Assembly: GCA_904501675.1 (NCBI GenBank)
Contig: CAJGCL010000001.1
Span: forward strand, 6,528-70,527
Reading direction: 5' to 3'
Source: Clostridiaceae bacterium
Lineage (GTDB): Bacteria > Bacillota > Clostridia > Oscillospirales > Acutalibacteraceae
Length of the DNA: 64,000 nt
Both the position numbers and the translations under genes were made by a program. The notes below the pieces were generated by a model. That model did no database searches and was not told the origin of the DNA. It saw only the letters and a program-made list of their open reading frames with translations. This document shows, one piece after another, positions 38,118-48,173 of the stretch; the stretch's first letter is position 1, and each line of letters begins with the position of its first letter.

Positions 38118-39242
38118 TCAACGACGGTCCTTTTCTATAAAATTTGTTTGCATAACAGGAGCACTTTCCCCTGCAACAATAAATATCTTATCTACGAGCA
38201 TACCACTCTTTGTATAAACCTCTGCCCAACCTATATAATCACCTTTTCTTATTCCTGCATAAACAAAACGCGGAATATAATAAGTAATCTCATATTCGGG
38301 AATTGTTTTATAATATGGGACATATAGGTTTTTCAATAACCTGAGAGATATGGTAGACTTTTTTGAATTCACCACTGCTATATCAGAAACAGCCATTGAT
38401 AAATCGATTTCATTTACCGATAGCAAGCCAAAACAATAATCATATAGCTTTATATGGTCATTCCAATCATCATAGGCGTTAAGGGTTACTGCAACAAGAG
38501 TTATTCCTTCTCTTTCCACTGCAGAAACAAGACAACGCCCTGCCGCTTTAGTAAATCCTGTTTTAATACCAAAAGCGCCATCATATTTATTCAGTAATTT
38601 ATTGTGGTTATAAAGTGTGGTTTCGTGTGTTGGATTGCTGATTTCTGCTGTATATCTTTTTGAAGAACAAATACTTCTGAACACAGGGTTCTTAACAGCA
38701 TAGCTACCTAAAAGAGCCATATCGTAAGCTGTAGAATAATGGTCCTTTTCCGGTAAGCCTGACGGATTCTTGAAAGATGTATCAAACATACCCAATTGCT
38801 TTGCTTTATCATTCATAAGCTCTGCAAAAGCAATTTTATCACCTGAAACCAGCTCCGCCGTAACATTAGCAGCATCATTTCCGCTTTCAAGAAGCATACC
38901 ATACAAAAGAGTATGAAGATTCACTTCATTACCCTTTTGCAAGCCTATTGAAGTACCCTCAACTGTTATAGCAGTTTCTGACGCAATGACTTTGTCTGCA
39001 AGATTGGCGTTTTCTAAAGCAACAACAGCCGTCATTATTTTAGTTGTGCTTGCCACACCGCGCTTTTCTCTCTCGTTTTTAGAAAACAGAACTTCGCCTG
39101 TGGCGGCAACCATAACAATTGCAGACCTTGCCGAAACAGAAACACCTGTTGCATTGACTTTAAATACAAAAAGATTTGAAACAAAGCAACAACACAAGAA
39201 ACAACTGATAAATTTAAACCACAAAATGACCACCACCCTCAA
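38118..39242 (-). CDS. dacB: D-alanyl-D-alanine carboxypeptidase, sporulation-type (DacB-like)
   Basis: SxxK (ASTTKIM), SxN (ESGNDAA), KTG (KTGFT). Synteny scpA-scpB-...-dacB-rluB as in B. subtilis. Start uncertain: TTG 39242, or TTG 39224 after GAGGGTGG. Confidence 0.85.
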   Translation of the reverse strand: MRVVVILWFKFISCFLCCCFVSNLFVFKVNATGVSVSARSAIVMVAATGEVLFSKNEREKRGVASTTKIMTAVVALENANLADKVIASETAITVEGTSIGLQKGNEVNLHTLLYGMLLESGNDAANVTAELVSGDKIAFAELMNDKAKQLGMFDTSFKNPSGLPEKDHYSTAYDMALLGSYAVKNPVFRSICSSKRYTAEISNPTHETTLYNHNKLLNKYDGAFGIKTGFTKAAGRCLVSAVEREGITLVAVTLNAYDDWNDHIKLYDYCFGLLSVNEIDLSMAVSDIAVVNSKKSTISLRLLKNLYVPYYKTIPEYEITYYIPRFVYAGIRKGDYIGWAEVYTKSGMLVDKIFIVAGESAPVMQTNFIEKDRR

Positions 39243-39271
39243 ACATATATATGCGGGTAGTCAGTTTATAA

Positions 39272-39667
39272 TTATTCAGAAACTACTTCTTCAGCTGCGT
39301 TATCCTTTTTCTTTGCAAGGTTTGCAACCTTATCAAACATTTCAGGAACAAGGCTTACTGCTCTTTCAACTGCATTATCGCCTGAAACGATGTGTTTAAT
39401 TGTTACATCGCCATCTTTAACAACAAGGAAAGCAACAGGGTTAATTGTTATACCTGCACCACCTGCGCCACCAAAAAGCTCAACATTGTTTTTTGATGGG
39501 AAATCAGAACCACCTGATGCAAAGCCGTATGTAACCTTTGAAACAGGGATAATTGTTAAACCGTCAGGAAGGTTAATTGGGTCGCCGATAATTGTGCTGA
39601 CATCAACTAAGTCTCTTACCTTTTCAATTGTTGTTCTGAGAATGCCGTTTGCTGATTTTTCACTCAT
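39272..39667 (-). CDS. ytfJ: GerW/YtfJ family sporulation protein
   Basis: IIGDPINLPDGLTIIPVSKVTYGFASGG motif. Start trimmed to MSEKS. Confidence 0.88.
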   Translation of the reverse strand: MSEKSANGILRTTIEKVRDLVDVSTIIGDPINLPDGLTIIPVSKVTYGFASGGSDFPSKNNVELFGGAGGAGITINPVAFLVVKDGDVTIKHIVSGDNAVERAVSLVPEMFDKVANLAKKKDNAAEEVVSE

Positions 39668-40451
39668 TTGAAGCACCATCCTTATTTATATTTGTTAAAT
39701 TATTTGTATTTTCAGCCGATTCGTCAACCTGTGTTGCATATTCGGCAATAATAACCTTACTTTTATCACTCTTTTTCTTGGAGAAAAGAATCTTGAAGAG
39801 AACCTTAAATACTAACTGAAGCGCAAGCACAATTACACCATTTGTTATATGTATTGGTGTTATGTGAAGCCTTACATATGCACTTGCTTCACTTTTCTGT
39901 GCAAGAAAATCAGGACTAAAGTCAAAATCATATTTTTTAACCTTACTTGTTGAAACAAGCTTACCTAAAACAGGATATGCCCACGCACAGAGTTTACCAT
40001 GCTTTATAGCAGTATCTGCCGCATCACTACCTGCGGTAATCATAGAAACATAAAGTTCATCGAAGACAACTGTTTTATACAGTTTGCCAAAAAATCCGCC
40101 AAGTGAATTACCTATGGCATTAAGCATTTTTACAATTCCATCATAACCATGGTCAAGGTATATCTGCTTAAAAAGACTGTTGCCTTTTGTTTTTGGTTTT
40201 GCTTTCTCCTGCTTCGGAGCTTCCTCTGCAGTTGTATTTTCTGCAGGTGGTTCTTCCTTTGCGGGCTTTTTTTCTTTTTTCGATTTCTTTTCCTTCTTGG
40301 GTTTTGACGAATCAAACACAGTAAGTTTAACGAAAAGATATTTTATTGTAACCACTGTTTTTTCTGCATAATCAATTATAACGGTAAGTCGCATTGAAAA
40401 CAAAACAACAAACAAAAGAATGATACCAAGAATTATGTATAAAGCAAGCAC
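39660..40451 (-). CDS. ytfI: DUF2953 domain-containing sporulation protein (YtfI-like)
   Basis: N-terminal TM, Lys/Glu-rich linker. Immediately upstream of ytfJ and overlapping it, as in B. subtilis ytfI-ytfJ. Confidence 0.75.
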   Translation of the reverse strand: MLALYIILGIILLFVVLFSMRLTVIIDYAEKTVVTIKYLFVKLTVFDSSKPKKEKKSKKEKKPAKEEPPAENTTAEEAPKQEKAKPKTKGNSLFKQIYLDHGYDGIVKMLNAIGNSLGGFFGKLYKTVVFDELYVSMITAGSDAADTAIKHGKLCAWAYPVLGKLVSTSKVKKYDFDFSPDFLAQKSEASAYVRLHITPIHITNGVIVLALQLVFKVLFKILFSKKKSDKSKVIIAEYATQVDESAENTNNLTNINKDGASNE

Positions 40452-40480
40452 TGTACCACTCCTTATTTTTACAAATCTTC

Positions 40481-41086
40481 TTATTCTTCTGTTGGTTCTT
40501 CGTCAGCATCGTCCGCAACATCGTCAAAAAGCGAAAGCTGACCATTATCAACATCAGACATAAGAATTTCTTTATCGCCCTCAGGAAGCTCAGGAAGGTC
40601 ATCAAGACTATTAAGAGAGAAGCATCTTAAAAAGTCTGAAGTTGTACCATAAAGAACAGGTCTTCCGGGAACCTCAAGCCTTCCCTTTTCTTCAACGAGA
40701 CCTCTCTGACAAAGGGTATTAACAACACCTGAGCAATCAACGCCACGAATCTGTTCAATATATGGCTTTGTAATCGGCTGATTATACGCAATAATCGCAA
40801 GAACCTCAAAAGCTGCCTGAGAAAGTGGTGTATTTCTCTTTAAATCAAGCACATCTCTTACTGCTTCAACAAACTCTTTTTTACTGCAAAGCTGATATTT
40901 TGTATCAAGCTGTAAAAGACATATGCCGCAGTTGTCTGCGCTATATTTATTATTTAATTCATCCATTACAAGTAAAATCTGTTCATCATCCATACCTAAA
41001 ACAGATGCAAGCTTTGTGTATTCAATAGGTTCTGCCGCCGCAAAAAGCACGGCTTCAACCATTGCAACTTGTTTTTCGTTAATCAA
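40481..41086 (-). CDS. scpB: SMC-Scp complex subunit ScpB
   Basis: VEAVLFAAAEPI N-terminus, two winged-helix repeats. 4-nt overlap with scpA. Confidence 0.92.
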   Translation of the reverse strand: MINEKQVAMVEAVLFAAAEPIEYTKLASVLGMDDEQILLVMDELNNKYSADNCGICLLQLDTKYQLCSKKEFVEAVRDVLDLKRNTPLSQAAFEVLAIIAYNQPITKPYIEQIRGVDCSGVVNTLCQRGLVEEKGRLEVPGRPVLYGTTSDFLRCFSLNSLDDLPELPEGDKEILMSDVDNGQLSLFDDVADDADEEPTEE

Positions 41087-41802
41087 GAATCTTCATTTCC
41101 TTCCAAAAGCTCAATTTGTATATCTTCACCCTCACCTGAAACATAAATTGTTTTATTTTTGGCAAGTTCCAAAACAGCTAAAAACGCGGCAATAAGGTCA
41201 GAACGGGATTGAGCTTGTTTATATATATCAAAAAGCTTTGTTTTTCTTTTCTTTTTCAGTGATGTAACAATAGATTCAATTTTGGAGCCAACAGAAACAA
41301 TTTTGCGTGTAACAATGGCTTTAAATGTATCTATAGGTGGAGGCAGGCGCCTTAACTTTTTGCCTGCAGCAACTGAATATGCAGAAAGTAATTCATCCGG
41401 CTCGTGAAGCCTTTTATATGACATATCAGGGGAAACATTCTCAGCAAACTCACGAACAGAGTAATTAAAGCCCTCTGTCATCTGAGAAAGCTTACCCGCA
41501 AGAATCTTGCAATCACGATATTCAATAAGTTCATCACGAAGTTGATTCTTTAGTTCCTCTGCTTCTTCATAAACAGGAAGAAGAGAAACTGTTTTTATGT
41601 ATACAAGACGAGCTGCCATTTCGAGAAACTCGCTTGCAACATCCATATTTTCTTCCTGCATCTCGCGGACATATGCAACATACTGCTCCACAAGCTGAAG
41701 AATAGGAATATCATAAATATCAATTTTATGCTTTGTTATAAGGTGTAAAAGCAAGTCCATAGGACCCTCAAACACCTCTAATTTGTAAGAAATGGGTTCC
41801 AT
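41083..41802 (-). CDS. scpA: segregation and condensation protein A
   Basis: FEGPMDLLLHLI kleisin N-terminal motif. Confidence 0.92.
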   Translation of the reverse strand: MEPISYKLEVFEGPMDLLLHLITKHKIDIYDIPILQLVEQYVAYVREMQEENMDVASEFLEMAARLVYIKTVSLLPVYEEAEELKNQLRDELIEYRDCKILAGKLSQMTEGFNYSVREFAENVSPDMSYKRLHEPDELLSAYSVAAGKKLRRLPPPIDTFKAIVTRKIVSVGSKIESIVTSLKKKRKTKLFDIYKQAQSRSDLIAAFLAVLELAKNKTIYVSGEGEDIQIELLEGNEDS

Positions 41803-41821
41803 ATTTCACCTGAATTATATA

Positions 41822-42508
41822 TTAAAATAAACCAAATGGTAATGATGTTACAAAAAGTATAAGACCTCTTATAAGTCCTGATAAAAGAGCTAAAGGCGTT
41901 GTTAAAACACCTGTAAAAAGGAGCACAAAAAGACCTATCTGAATATATCTTTCGTACTGCATTATTTTAAAATAATATTTTGAAGGGAGTAACGCAGTTG
42001 CAAGTCTTGAACCGTCGAGAGGCGGAACAGGAAGAAGGTTAAACACAGCAAGATTTACGTTTATTGAACCTGCAAAAAGGAAGAATACACCAAAATACTG
42101 AACTACCTCACTGCCTGATCTGGAAGCAATTGCAACACAAGCAGAATAAAAGAAGAAAAAGACAAATGACTGAATAAGATTGCTTACAGGACCTGCGAGA
42201 GCTACAAGAGCCATATCTCTTTTCGGTTTATTAAAATTCCTCATTCTTACCTGAACAGGTTTTGCATAACCAAAACCGAAAAGGAAAAGCATTAATGTTC
42301 CCATTGGGTCAATATGGGCTTTTGGGTCAATTGTCAGCCTGCCCATCGAGCGAGGAGTATCATCACCTAATTTTGTAGCAATAAGCGCATGTGCAAATTC
42401 ATGAATCGGAGTTGCGCAAAAAATCACGAAACAAAGCGCACCCAACTGAAGAATAAACTCTAAGGCACTTAAATCTCCTCTTATAAAGTCCAAAAATTCA
42501 CTTATCAT
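41822..42508 (-). CDS. site-2 protease (M50) family membrane metalloprotease
   Basis: HEFAHA zinc motif in a TM helix and second motif NLLPVPPLDG. Confidence 0.85.
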   Translation of the reverse strand: MISEFLDFIRGDLSALEFILQLGALCFVIFCATPIHEFAHALIATKLGDDTPRSMGRLTIDPKAHIDPMGTLMLFLFGFGYAKPVQVRMRNFNKPKRDMALVALAGPVSNLIQSFVFFFFYSACVAIASRSGSEVVQYFGVFFLFAGSINVNLAVFNLLPVPPLDGSRLATALLPSKYYFKIMQYERYIQIGLFVLLFTGVLTTPLALLSGLIRGLILFVTSLPFGLF

Positions 42509-42564
42509 AAATTATTCCTCTAATTTTACTATAAAGACACTTTAAGGTCAATATAATGAATCAA

Positions 42565-43410
42565 TTATCTTCTTATAATAACTACCCTGTCAAGCTCCGC
42601 AGAATCTTTAATGACACGGCCTTTTTCTGCTTTTTTAAGGAAAATAGAAAGTATGTCGTCAGCCTGCTCCTCGCCACACTCCATTGCAAGATAGCCACCT
42701 CTGTTTATAAGAGGATACCATATCTCAGAAAGCTGACGATAGAAAACAAGACCATCATCACCGCCATCGAGAGCAAGTTTAGGTTCAAAATGAACCTCCC
42801 TTTGCAAAGATGGAATTTCTGAAGAGCAAACATACGGCGGATTTGAAAGAATTATATCAGGTCTCGGAAGGCCAATAAAGCTTGTGCCATCAAGGATATC
42901 TGCTTTAACAACCGTTACATTATCGCAACAGAGAAGCTCTTTGTTTTTACGGGTATATTCCAACGCGTCATCTGAAATATCAACGCAATATACTTTTACC
43001 TGAGGGCACATTTTTGCAACAGAAAGACCTATACAGCCACTGCCACAACAAAGGTCAAAAACAATTTTATATTCGTTCTGCCTGATTTTATCAACTGCAA
43101 AATCAATAAGTATCTCTGTTTCAGGACGAGGGATAAGAACACCTTTGCCTACCTTAAAAGAGTATTTATAAAAATCCCACATTCCTATAATGTACTGAAG
43201 CGGCTCATGAAGAGCGCGTCTTTTAACACAATCCTCAAAATGAATAAGCTTAACATCATCAACAATTGTACCCGAATTCATCAGAAGCCCTGTTTTATTA
43301 TAACCAAAGCAATATGAAACAAGCTGTTGGGCATCAAATTCAGGGCTATCGCACCCTGCATCCTGAAGACACTTTATTGCTTCGCGATAAACAGAATAAA
43401 GCGTTTTCAA
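42565..43410 (-). CDS. prmC: peptide chain release factor N(5)-glutamine methyltransferase
   Basis: SAM motif DLCCGSGCIG and catalytic NPPY. Confidence 0.92.
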   Translation of the reverse strand: MKTLYSVYREAIKCLQDAGCDSPEFDAQQLVSYCFGYNKTGLLMNSGTIVDDVKLIHFEDCVKRRALHEPLQYIIGMWDFYKYSFKVGKGVLIPRPETEILIDFAVDKIRQNEYKIVFDLCCGSGCIGLSVAKMCPQVKVYCVDISDDALEYTRKNKELLCCDNVTVVKADILDGTSFIGLPRPDIILSNPPYVCSSEIPSLQREVHFEPKLALDGGDDGLVFYRQLSEIWYPLINRGGYLAMECGEEQADDILSIFLKKAEKGRVIKDSAELDRVVIIRR

Positions 43411-44435
43411 TTTTCAGATTCCTCCGCATTTTCCTGTACAGGTTGAGCATCGGTTTCCTCTGTATCTTCATAAAGAACTGCCTTAATAGCTTCAATACCA
43501 ACCTCAATAATATCATCGGTAGGCTCCTGAGTGGTAATTCTTTGCATCCAGAGACCTGGTGCAGAAAACACACGCACAAGTATATTATCGTGCTTGCCTG
43601 CGTATTTTATAAACTCATAGCCTATTCCTACGGTAAGAGGAAGAATAAGAAGTTTTACTGCCATCCACACTGCTCTGTTATCGTCAATGCTGGGAAAAGC
43701 AACAACCAAAGCAGATGAAAGGAATATGCTGATTATAAGGATAACGAAAATAAAGCTTGTACCGCAACGAGGATGAAAACGTTTTTGCTTTTTTACATTT
43801 TCAACAGTTAAATCAATACCTGCTTCATAGCAGAAAATTGATTTATGCTCTGCACCATGATACATAAAAACTCTCTTGATATCAGGCATTTTTGCAACAA
43901 GCCAGATATACACAACGAAAATTATCATTCGCATAATGCCTTCAAAAAGCGGATGAATATTCTCGAGAGCATTCTTAAAAAGATACTTATCAGCACTATC
44001 AACGATTATTGCTGGAAGGTAAGTAAAAAGTCCAAATGCAAGAAACACACCGAGAACCATTGCTATACCCGTAATAACAGCCATCATTTTAGGACCGAAA
44101 TGGTCCGAAAGCCATTTATCAAGTTTAGACATTTCTTCAGAATTTGTATCGTCATCAAGACCTGCTTTAATTGCAGACTTTTCCATACACTTGTAGCCAA
44201 AAAGAAGGCTTTCAACCATATTGAAAACACCTCTGATGATTGGCCAACCTGCTGGTTTGAATTTATCTCTGAGATGCTTAACCTCTAATTTTTCAGTATC
44301 AATTGTTCCGTCAGGAAGCCTTACCGACATAGCAGCGCCTTGTGGGCCCTGCATCATAATACCCTCAATAAGAGCCTGACCACCTACTGAGATTTTATTA
44401 CAACTTTCTTTTGATTTATTGCTCATTATTTTCAC
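43407..44435 (-). CDS. DUF1385 domain-containing membrane protein (YqhQ-like)
   Basis: VGGQALIEGIMMQGP N-terminus and HGAEHK motif. 4-nt overlap with the prmC start. DUF1385 upstream of prmC is a pairing I recall as recurrent in Firmicutes. Confidence 0.8.
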   Translation of the reverse strand: MKIMSNKSKESCNKISVGGQALIEGIMMQGPQGAAMSVRLPDGTIDTEKLEVKHLRDKFKPAGWPIIRGVFNMVESLLFGYKCMEKSAIKAGLDDDTNSEEMSKLDKWLSDHFGPKMMAVITGIAMVLGVFLAFGLFTYLPAIIVDSADKYLFKNALENIHPLFEGIMRMIIFVVYIWLVAKMPDIKRVFMYHGAEHKSIFCYEAGIDLTVENVKKQKRFHPRCGTSFIFVILIISIFLSSALVVAFPSIDDNRAVWMAVKLLILPLTVGIGYEFIKYAGKHDNILVRVFSAPGLWMQRITTQEPTDDIIEVGIEAIKAVLYEDTEETDAQPVQENAEESEN

Positions 44436-46035
44436 TCACCATCATTTCTTCTATCAAAGAAGCAGGTTGTTCAACCTGAACTTTTTCTATAGGGAAAATT
44501 ACTGTTACAGTTGTTCCCACATTAACAACACTGTTAATTTCAAAAATACCGTTATGAAGCTTTACTATTTCATCAACAACAGCAAGACCAATGCCTGAAC
44601 CCCTTACCTGAAGATTTGCTTTATAGAACTTCTTTTTAACATTTGGCAAATCTTCTTCAGAGATTCCGCAACCTGTATCTAAAATATTTATTGTAAGAAT
44701 ACCTTCATCAACAATTGCCTCGACATCAACAAGTCCACCTTGCTTGTTATATTTAAAGGCATTATCAAGAAGATTAACAAATACCTGTTTGATTCTGTTA
44801 GGGTCGCCCATCATGGGAGCAGGAATTTCAGGGGCGTTATATTTAATTTCGACATTATCTCTTTTTGAGCGCTCTTTGAAAACAAACACAGCCTCATCAA
44901 GCTCTGCCAGAACATCTATTTTTTCAAGACGGAGCGTCATATTGCCATTCTGCATACGTGAGAAATCAAGAAGTTCTTCAACAAGGCGTGAAAGTCTTTC
45001 TGATTCGTTAATAATAACCTCTGTTCCCCTTCTTGAGATTTCTCTGTCTTCACCATCAAGCTCTTTAAGCATTTCACCCCAACCCTTGATAGCAGTAAGT
45101 GGGGTACGCAATTCGTGAGAAACAGTTGATATAAAGTCATTTTTCATTTTGTCAGTTGCAGCAACCTCGTTAATCATAGAATTAAGAGATTTTGCTAGCT
45201 CGGTAATTTCGTCATCTTCCTTACCATCCGTTTCAATTCGAACGTCATAATTACCCTGAGCAAAAAGCTTTGTTGTATCGTTTATTTTACGAACAGGTGA
45301 AACAATTGTCTGAACAAAGAAAACACCTGAAAGAGAAACAAAAAACAAAGCAACAACGTAAACAAACAGAATAATTAGGGTAAAGGCTATTATCTGCCTG
45401 TCTATAGCTTTAAGCGAAGATATGAATCTTACAGCACCTGAAAAGCTAGCATCAGAAGTTTGCGGTAAAACCATTGCAACGCTGACGATATGCTCCCCAT
45501 TCTCGTTGAAGCCAAACCATTTACATATACCTGAAGGAGAAAGTTTAGCTTCCTGAACATCCTTCATATCATTAATAGTTTCATTGTTTTTAAAGCCTGA
45601 AGACGAAACAACAACAAGCCCTTCGTTATTGATAACCTGAACTTCCATTCGAGATTTATCTGAAAAGCTATCAGTAAACTCCTTTGCTTTTTGTTCAAAC
45701 ACCTCGTTACTTCCGTCTACATATGGGGAAAAAAACGTTGTTACTGTTTCGTTGGCGTAGTCAGAAATATAAGAAACAACATAGTTCCTGTAATATTGAA
45801 CAACAAACAAGATACTTACAACAACAAGCACTAACAATATAAGAGCCGTAATAAGTAATGTGTTTGTTGCCCACCTTCTGGTAATACCTTTAAGCAGTTT
45901 TTTTTCCTTAGAGATATTTATACCAAAAAGTTTTTTCCCTGATAAAGATTTGTCTTCACGCTCTTTAAGTAGCTTTTTAGCTTCGTCTACATTTATTTTT
46001 GAAACTTTTTTTATATCGAAGCCTTTTTTTTCCAT
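44416..46035 (-). CDS. sensor histidine kinase (two TM, extracellular loop, HAMP, HisKA, HATPase)
   Basis: H-box SHELRTPL, N-box LLDNAFKY, G-boxes DTGCGI and GSGIGL. Confidence 0.92.
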   Translation of the reverse strand: MEKKGFDIKKVSKINVDEAKKLLKEREDKSLSGKKLFGINISKEKKLLKGITRRWATNTLLITALILLVLVVVSILFVVQYYRNYVVSYISDYANETVTTFFSPYVDGSNEVFEQKAKEFTDSFSDKSRMEVQVINNEGLVVVSSSGFKNNETINDMKDVQEAKLSPSGICKWFGFNENGEHIVSVAMVLPQTSDASFSGAVRFISSLKAIDRQIIAFTLIILFVYVVALFFVSLSGVFFVQTIVSPVRKINDTTKLFAQGNYDVRIETDGKEDDEITELAKSLNSMINEVAATDKMKNDFISTVSHELRTPLTAIKGWGEMLKELDGEDREISRRGTEVIINESERLSRLVEELLDFSRMQNGNMTLRLEKIDVLAELDEAVFVFKERSKRDNVEIKYNAPEIPAPMMGDPNRIKQVFVNLLDNAFKYNKQGGLVDVEAIVDEGILTINILDTGCGISEEDLPNVKKKFYKANLQVRGSGIGLAVVDEIVKLHNGIFEINSVVNVGTTVTVIFPIEKVQVEQPASLIEEMMVSENNEQ

Positions 46036-46073
46036 TACTTATCACCTCTCTTTCCAAATAGTCAATTTTTATA

Positions 46074-46775
46074 TCAAAGCCATTTATAACCCATACCCCA
46101 AACGGTAACAAGATGTTTAGGAATTGAAGGCTCATCTTCAATTTTCATTCTTAAGCGTCGGATATTAACATCAACAACTTTCTCATCACCAAAATACGAT
46201 TCACCCCAGACTTCTTTTAATATATCTGTTCTGCTGAGGGCTTTACCATGATTTGCAAAGAAGAATTCAACAATTTGAAATTCAACCTGAGTAAGCTCAA
46301 TAAGAACATTATTTTTATACAAAGTTCTGTTTCGCATGTTGAGTTCAAATGGTTCAATAATTATTTTATCCGCCTTAACAGGTTGAACCGGAGTCTGAGT
46401 GTTCATAGCAACACGACGATAAACACTATCAACCCTTGCCATAAGCTCAGATGGTGAGAAAGGTTTTGTTATGTAGTCATCAGCGCCCATCAAAAGACCT
46501 GATACCTTGTCCATTTCCTGCGTTTTAGCTGTAAGCATAATTATACCAACAGTGCTGCTTTGGTTACGTAAGGTTTTACAAACCTCAAGACCATCTACAT
46601 TAGGCATCATAATGTCAAGAAGCACAACATCAAATGTTCCGTTTTTTGAGTTATAAATATCAATTGCTTCTTGGCCATCGCAAGCCTCTGTAACCTCATA
46701 ACCTGCTCTTTTGAGTGTGATAGCGATTATTTCGCGGATTGCTGATTCATCTTCTGCAATAAGTACTTTTTTCAT
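46074..46775 (-). CDS. OmpR-family response regulator transcription factor
   Basis: Receiver domain (EDE...LLDIMMP...TAK) and winged-helix C-terminus (VWGMGYKW). Confidence 0.93.
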   Translation of the reverse strand: MKKVLIAEDESAIREIIAITLKRAGYEVTEACDGQEAIDIYNSKNGTFDVVLLDIMMPNVDGLEVCKTLRNQSSTVGIIMLTAKTQEMDKVSGLLMGADDYITKPFSPSELMARVDSVYRRVAMNTQTPVQPVKADKIIIEPFELNMRNRTLYKNNVLIELTQVEFQIVEFFFANHGKALSRTDILKEVWGESYFGDEKVVDVNIRRLRMKIEDEPSIPKHLVTVWGMGYKWL

Positions 46776-46789
46776 AAATACATCCTGCC

Positions 46790-48136
46790 TTAGTCAATTT
46801 TTATAAATGAAGCGGTTACAGTATCGTCGGATATTCCAAATTTATAGCCTGCTTCTGTAATTTGATAATAGTAAACACCATATTCAGTTTCTGCAAGAAG
46901 TTCACCTAAAATTTCGTTTTCCGCAAGCTTTATCCTGCGGGAAATAGAAAACAATTCGTAACCTGTTTCTTTCTTTTCATCATCCCAACTATAAAATACA
47001 AGTCCATCACGGAGAGAATCGTATTTAACTGTTACTCTATTCCCCCAAGGAAACGAGAGTAAATAATAGTCGAGCGGATTAAGCAATGTTGTTATAACAC
47101 CGCCGCTCTTATCACCTATAGCATTATTCCACCTCAAAAGAGTAAAGGTGTGTATATCATTAGCTGTTTTTACAGTAAGTGTATCTTCATCACCAAACAA
47201 ATGCACGATAGCCGGTATTTCATAAAGTCCATCATTATCAATATCACGACAATTTGCTGATGCGTTCCTCAGGTTCGTAACAGAAGGATCTGTATATGCT
47301 CTTACAGGAACTGACTGAACACCATCCCAGTAAACAAGCTCTGTAAAGATCATTCTATCATTTTTAGCACAGTCAATAAAAACCCGCACCATACTTTCAT
47401 CATTAATGGTAAGCTCGTCATTTTGGATTGTTGAAACAGAAACAATTGAACTGTCAAGAACCGTTTCACCATATTTGATAAACTGATGATTTTGTGAAAG
47501 TAAAAACATTCTCAAAAACGACTTCTGCACTGCCCCAGTATCATCAAGGTAAACAAGCACTAAATCATCTGTTCCGTCGTTGTTAAAATCAAAAAAGTTT
47601 TTAGCATTACAATATTCGTTTCCAAGAGAGTTAAGAGAAACAACACCATTATCGCCTTTAACAAGCTCAAAAACACTTACAACCTTAGTTGTTTTACTGT
47701 CAAGAAGCGACCAACTTACAAAAACTTCTTTAAAACCATCATTATTTAAATCAACAAAATTAATGTCGTAAACGCCACTGCCGGCACCTTTGATATCAGA
47801 TGTAATTATCCAGCTATCAGAAATGCATTCCATAAAAGCCATTCTAACCGAGCTTTCTACAGATGATGAATCAGAATAGAAAACAAAAGCTTCTTCTAAT
47901 CCGTCGTTATTAATATCAACCAAAACGAAAGAGGTTTGATAATCACCGGCAACAGGAGTTTTTAACTGAAATTTAGTATCCTTCATTAATGCATTAAAGG
48001 ATTTTTGTACTTGCCCGTTTTTACCTGACTGTGTAGGCGGAGCCATAAGGCTCTCTACAGAAAAGAAATTCAGAGAGCAACCTGAACAGGATATTATTAA
48101 TGCTATAATAGTTATAATTGCAAATATTTTCTTCAT
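46790..48136 (-). CDS. lipoprotein with four FG-GAP/VCBS-like DxNxDG repeats
   Basis: Signal peptide plus lipobox (IIALIISC). Repeats DINNDGLEE, DLNNDGFKE, DFNNDGTDD, DIDNDGLYE. Confidence 0.75.
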   Translation of the reverse strand: MKKIFAIITIIALIISCSGCSLNFFSVESLMAPPTQSGKNGQVQKSFNALMKDTKFQLKTPVAGDYQTSFVLVDINNDGLEEAFVFYSDSSSVESSVRMAFMECISDSWIITSDIKGAGSGVYDINFVDLNNDGFKEVFVSWSLLDSKTTKVVSVFELVKGDNGVVSLNSLGNEYCNAKNFFDFNNDGTDDLVLVYLDDTGAVQKSFLRMFLLSQNHQFIKYGETVLDSSIVSVSTIQNDELTINDESMVRVFIDCAKNDRMIFTELVYWDGVQSVPVRAYTDPSVTNLRNASANCRDIDNDGLYEIPAIVHLFGDEDTLTVKTANDIHTFTLLRWNNAIGDKSGGVITTLLNPLDYYLLSFPWGNRVTVKYDSLRDGLVFYSWDDEKKETGYELFSISRRIKLAENEILGELLAETEYGVYYYQITEAGYKFGISDDTVTASFIKID

Positions 48137-48173
48137 AACAAATTGCCCTCCTTAAATTTTATTTATCTGAACC

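Noticed and set aside
40130-40371. Lys/Arg-rich short ORFs on both strands inside ytfI
   Set aside because: Alternative frames of the AAG/GAA-rich low-complexity linker of the DUF2953 protein, not independent genes.
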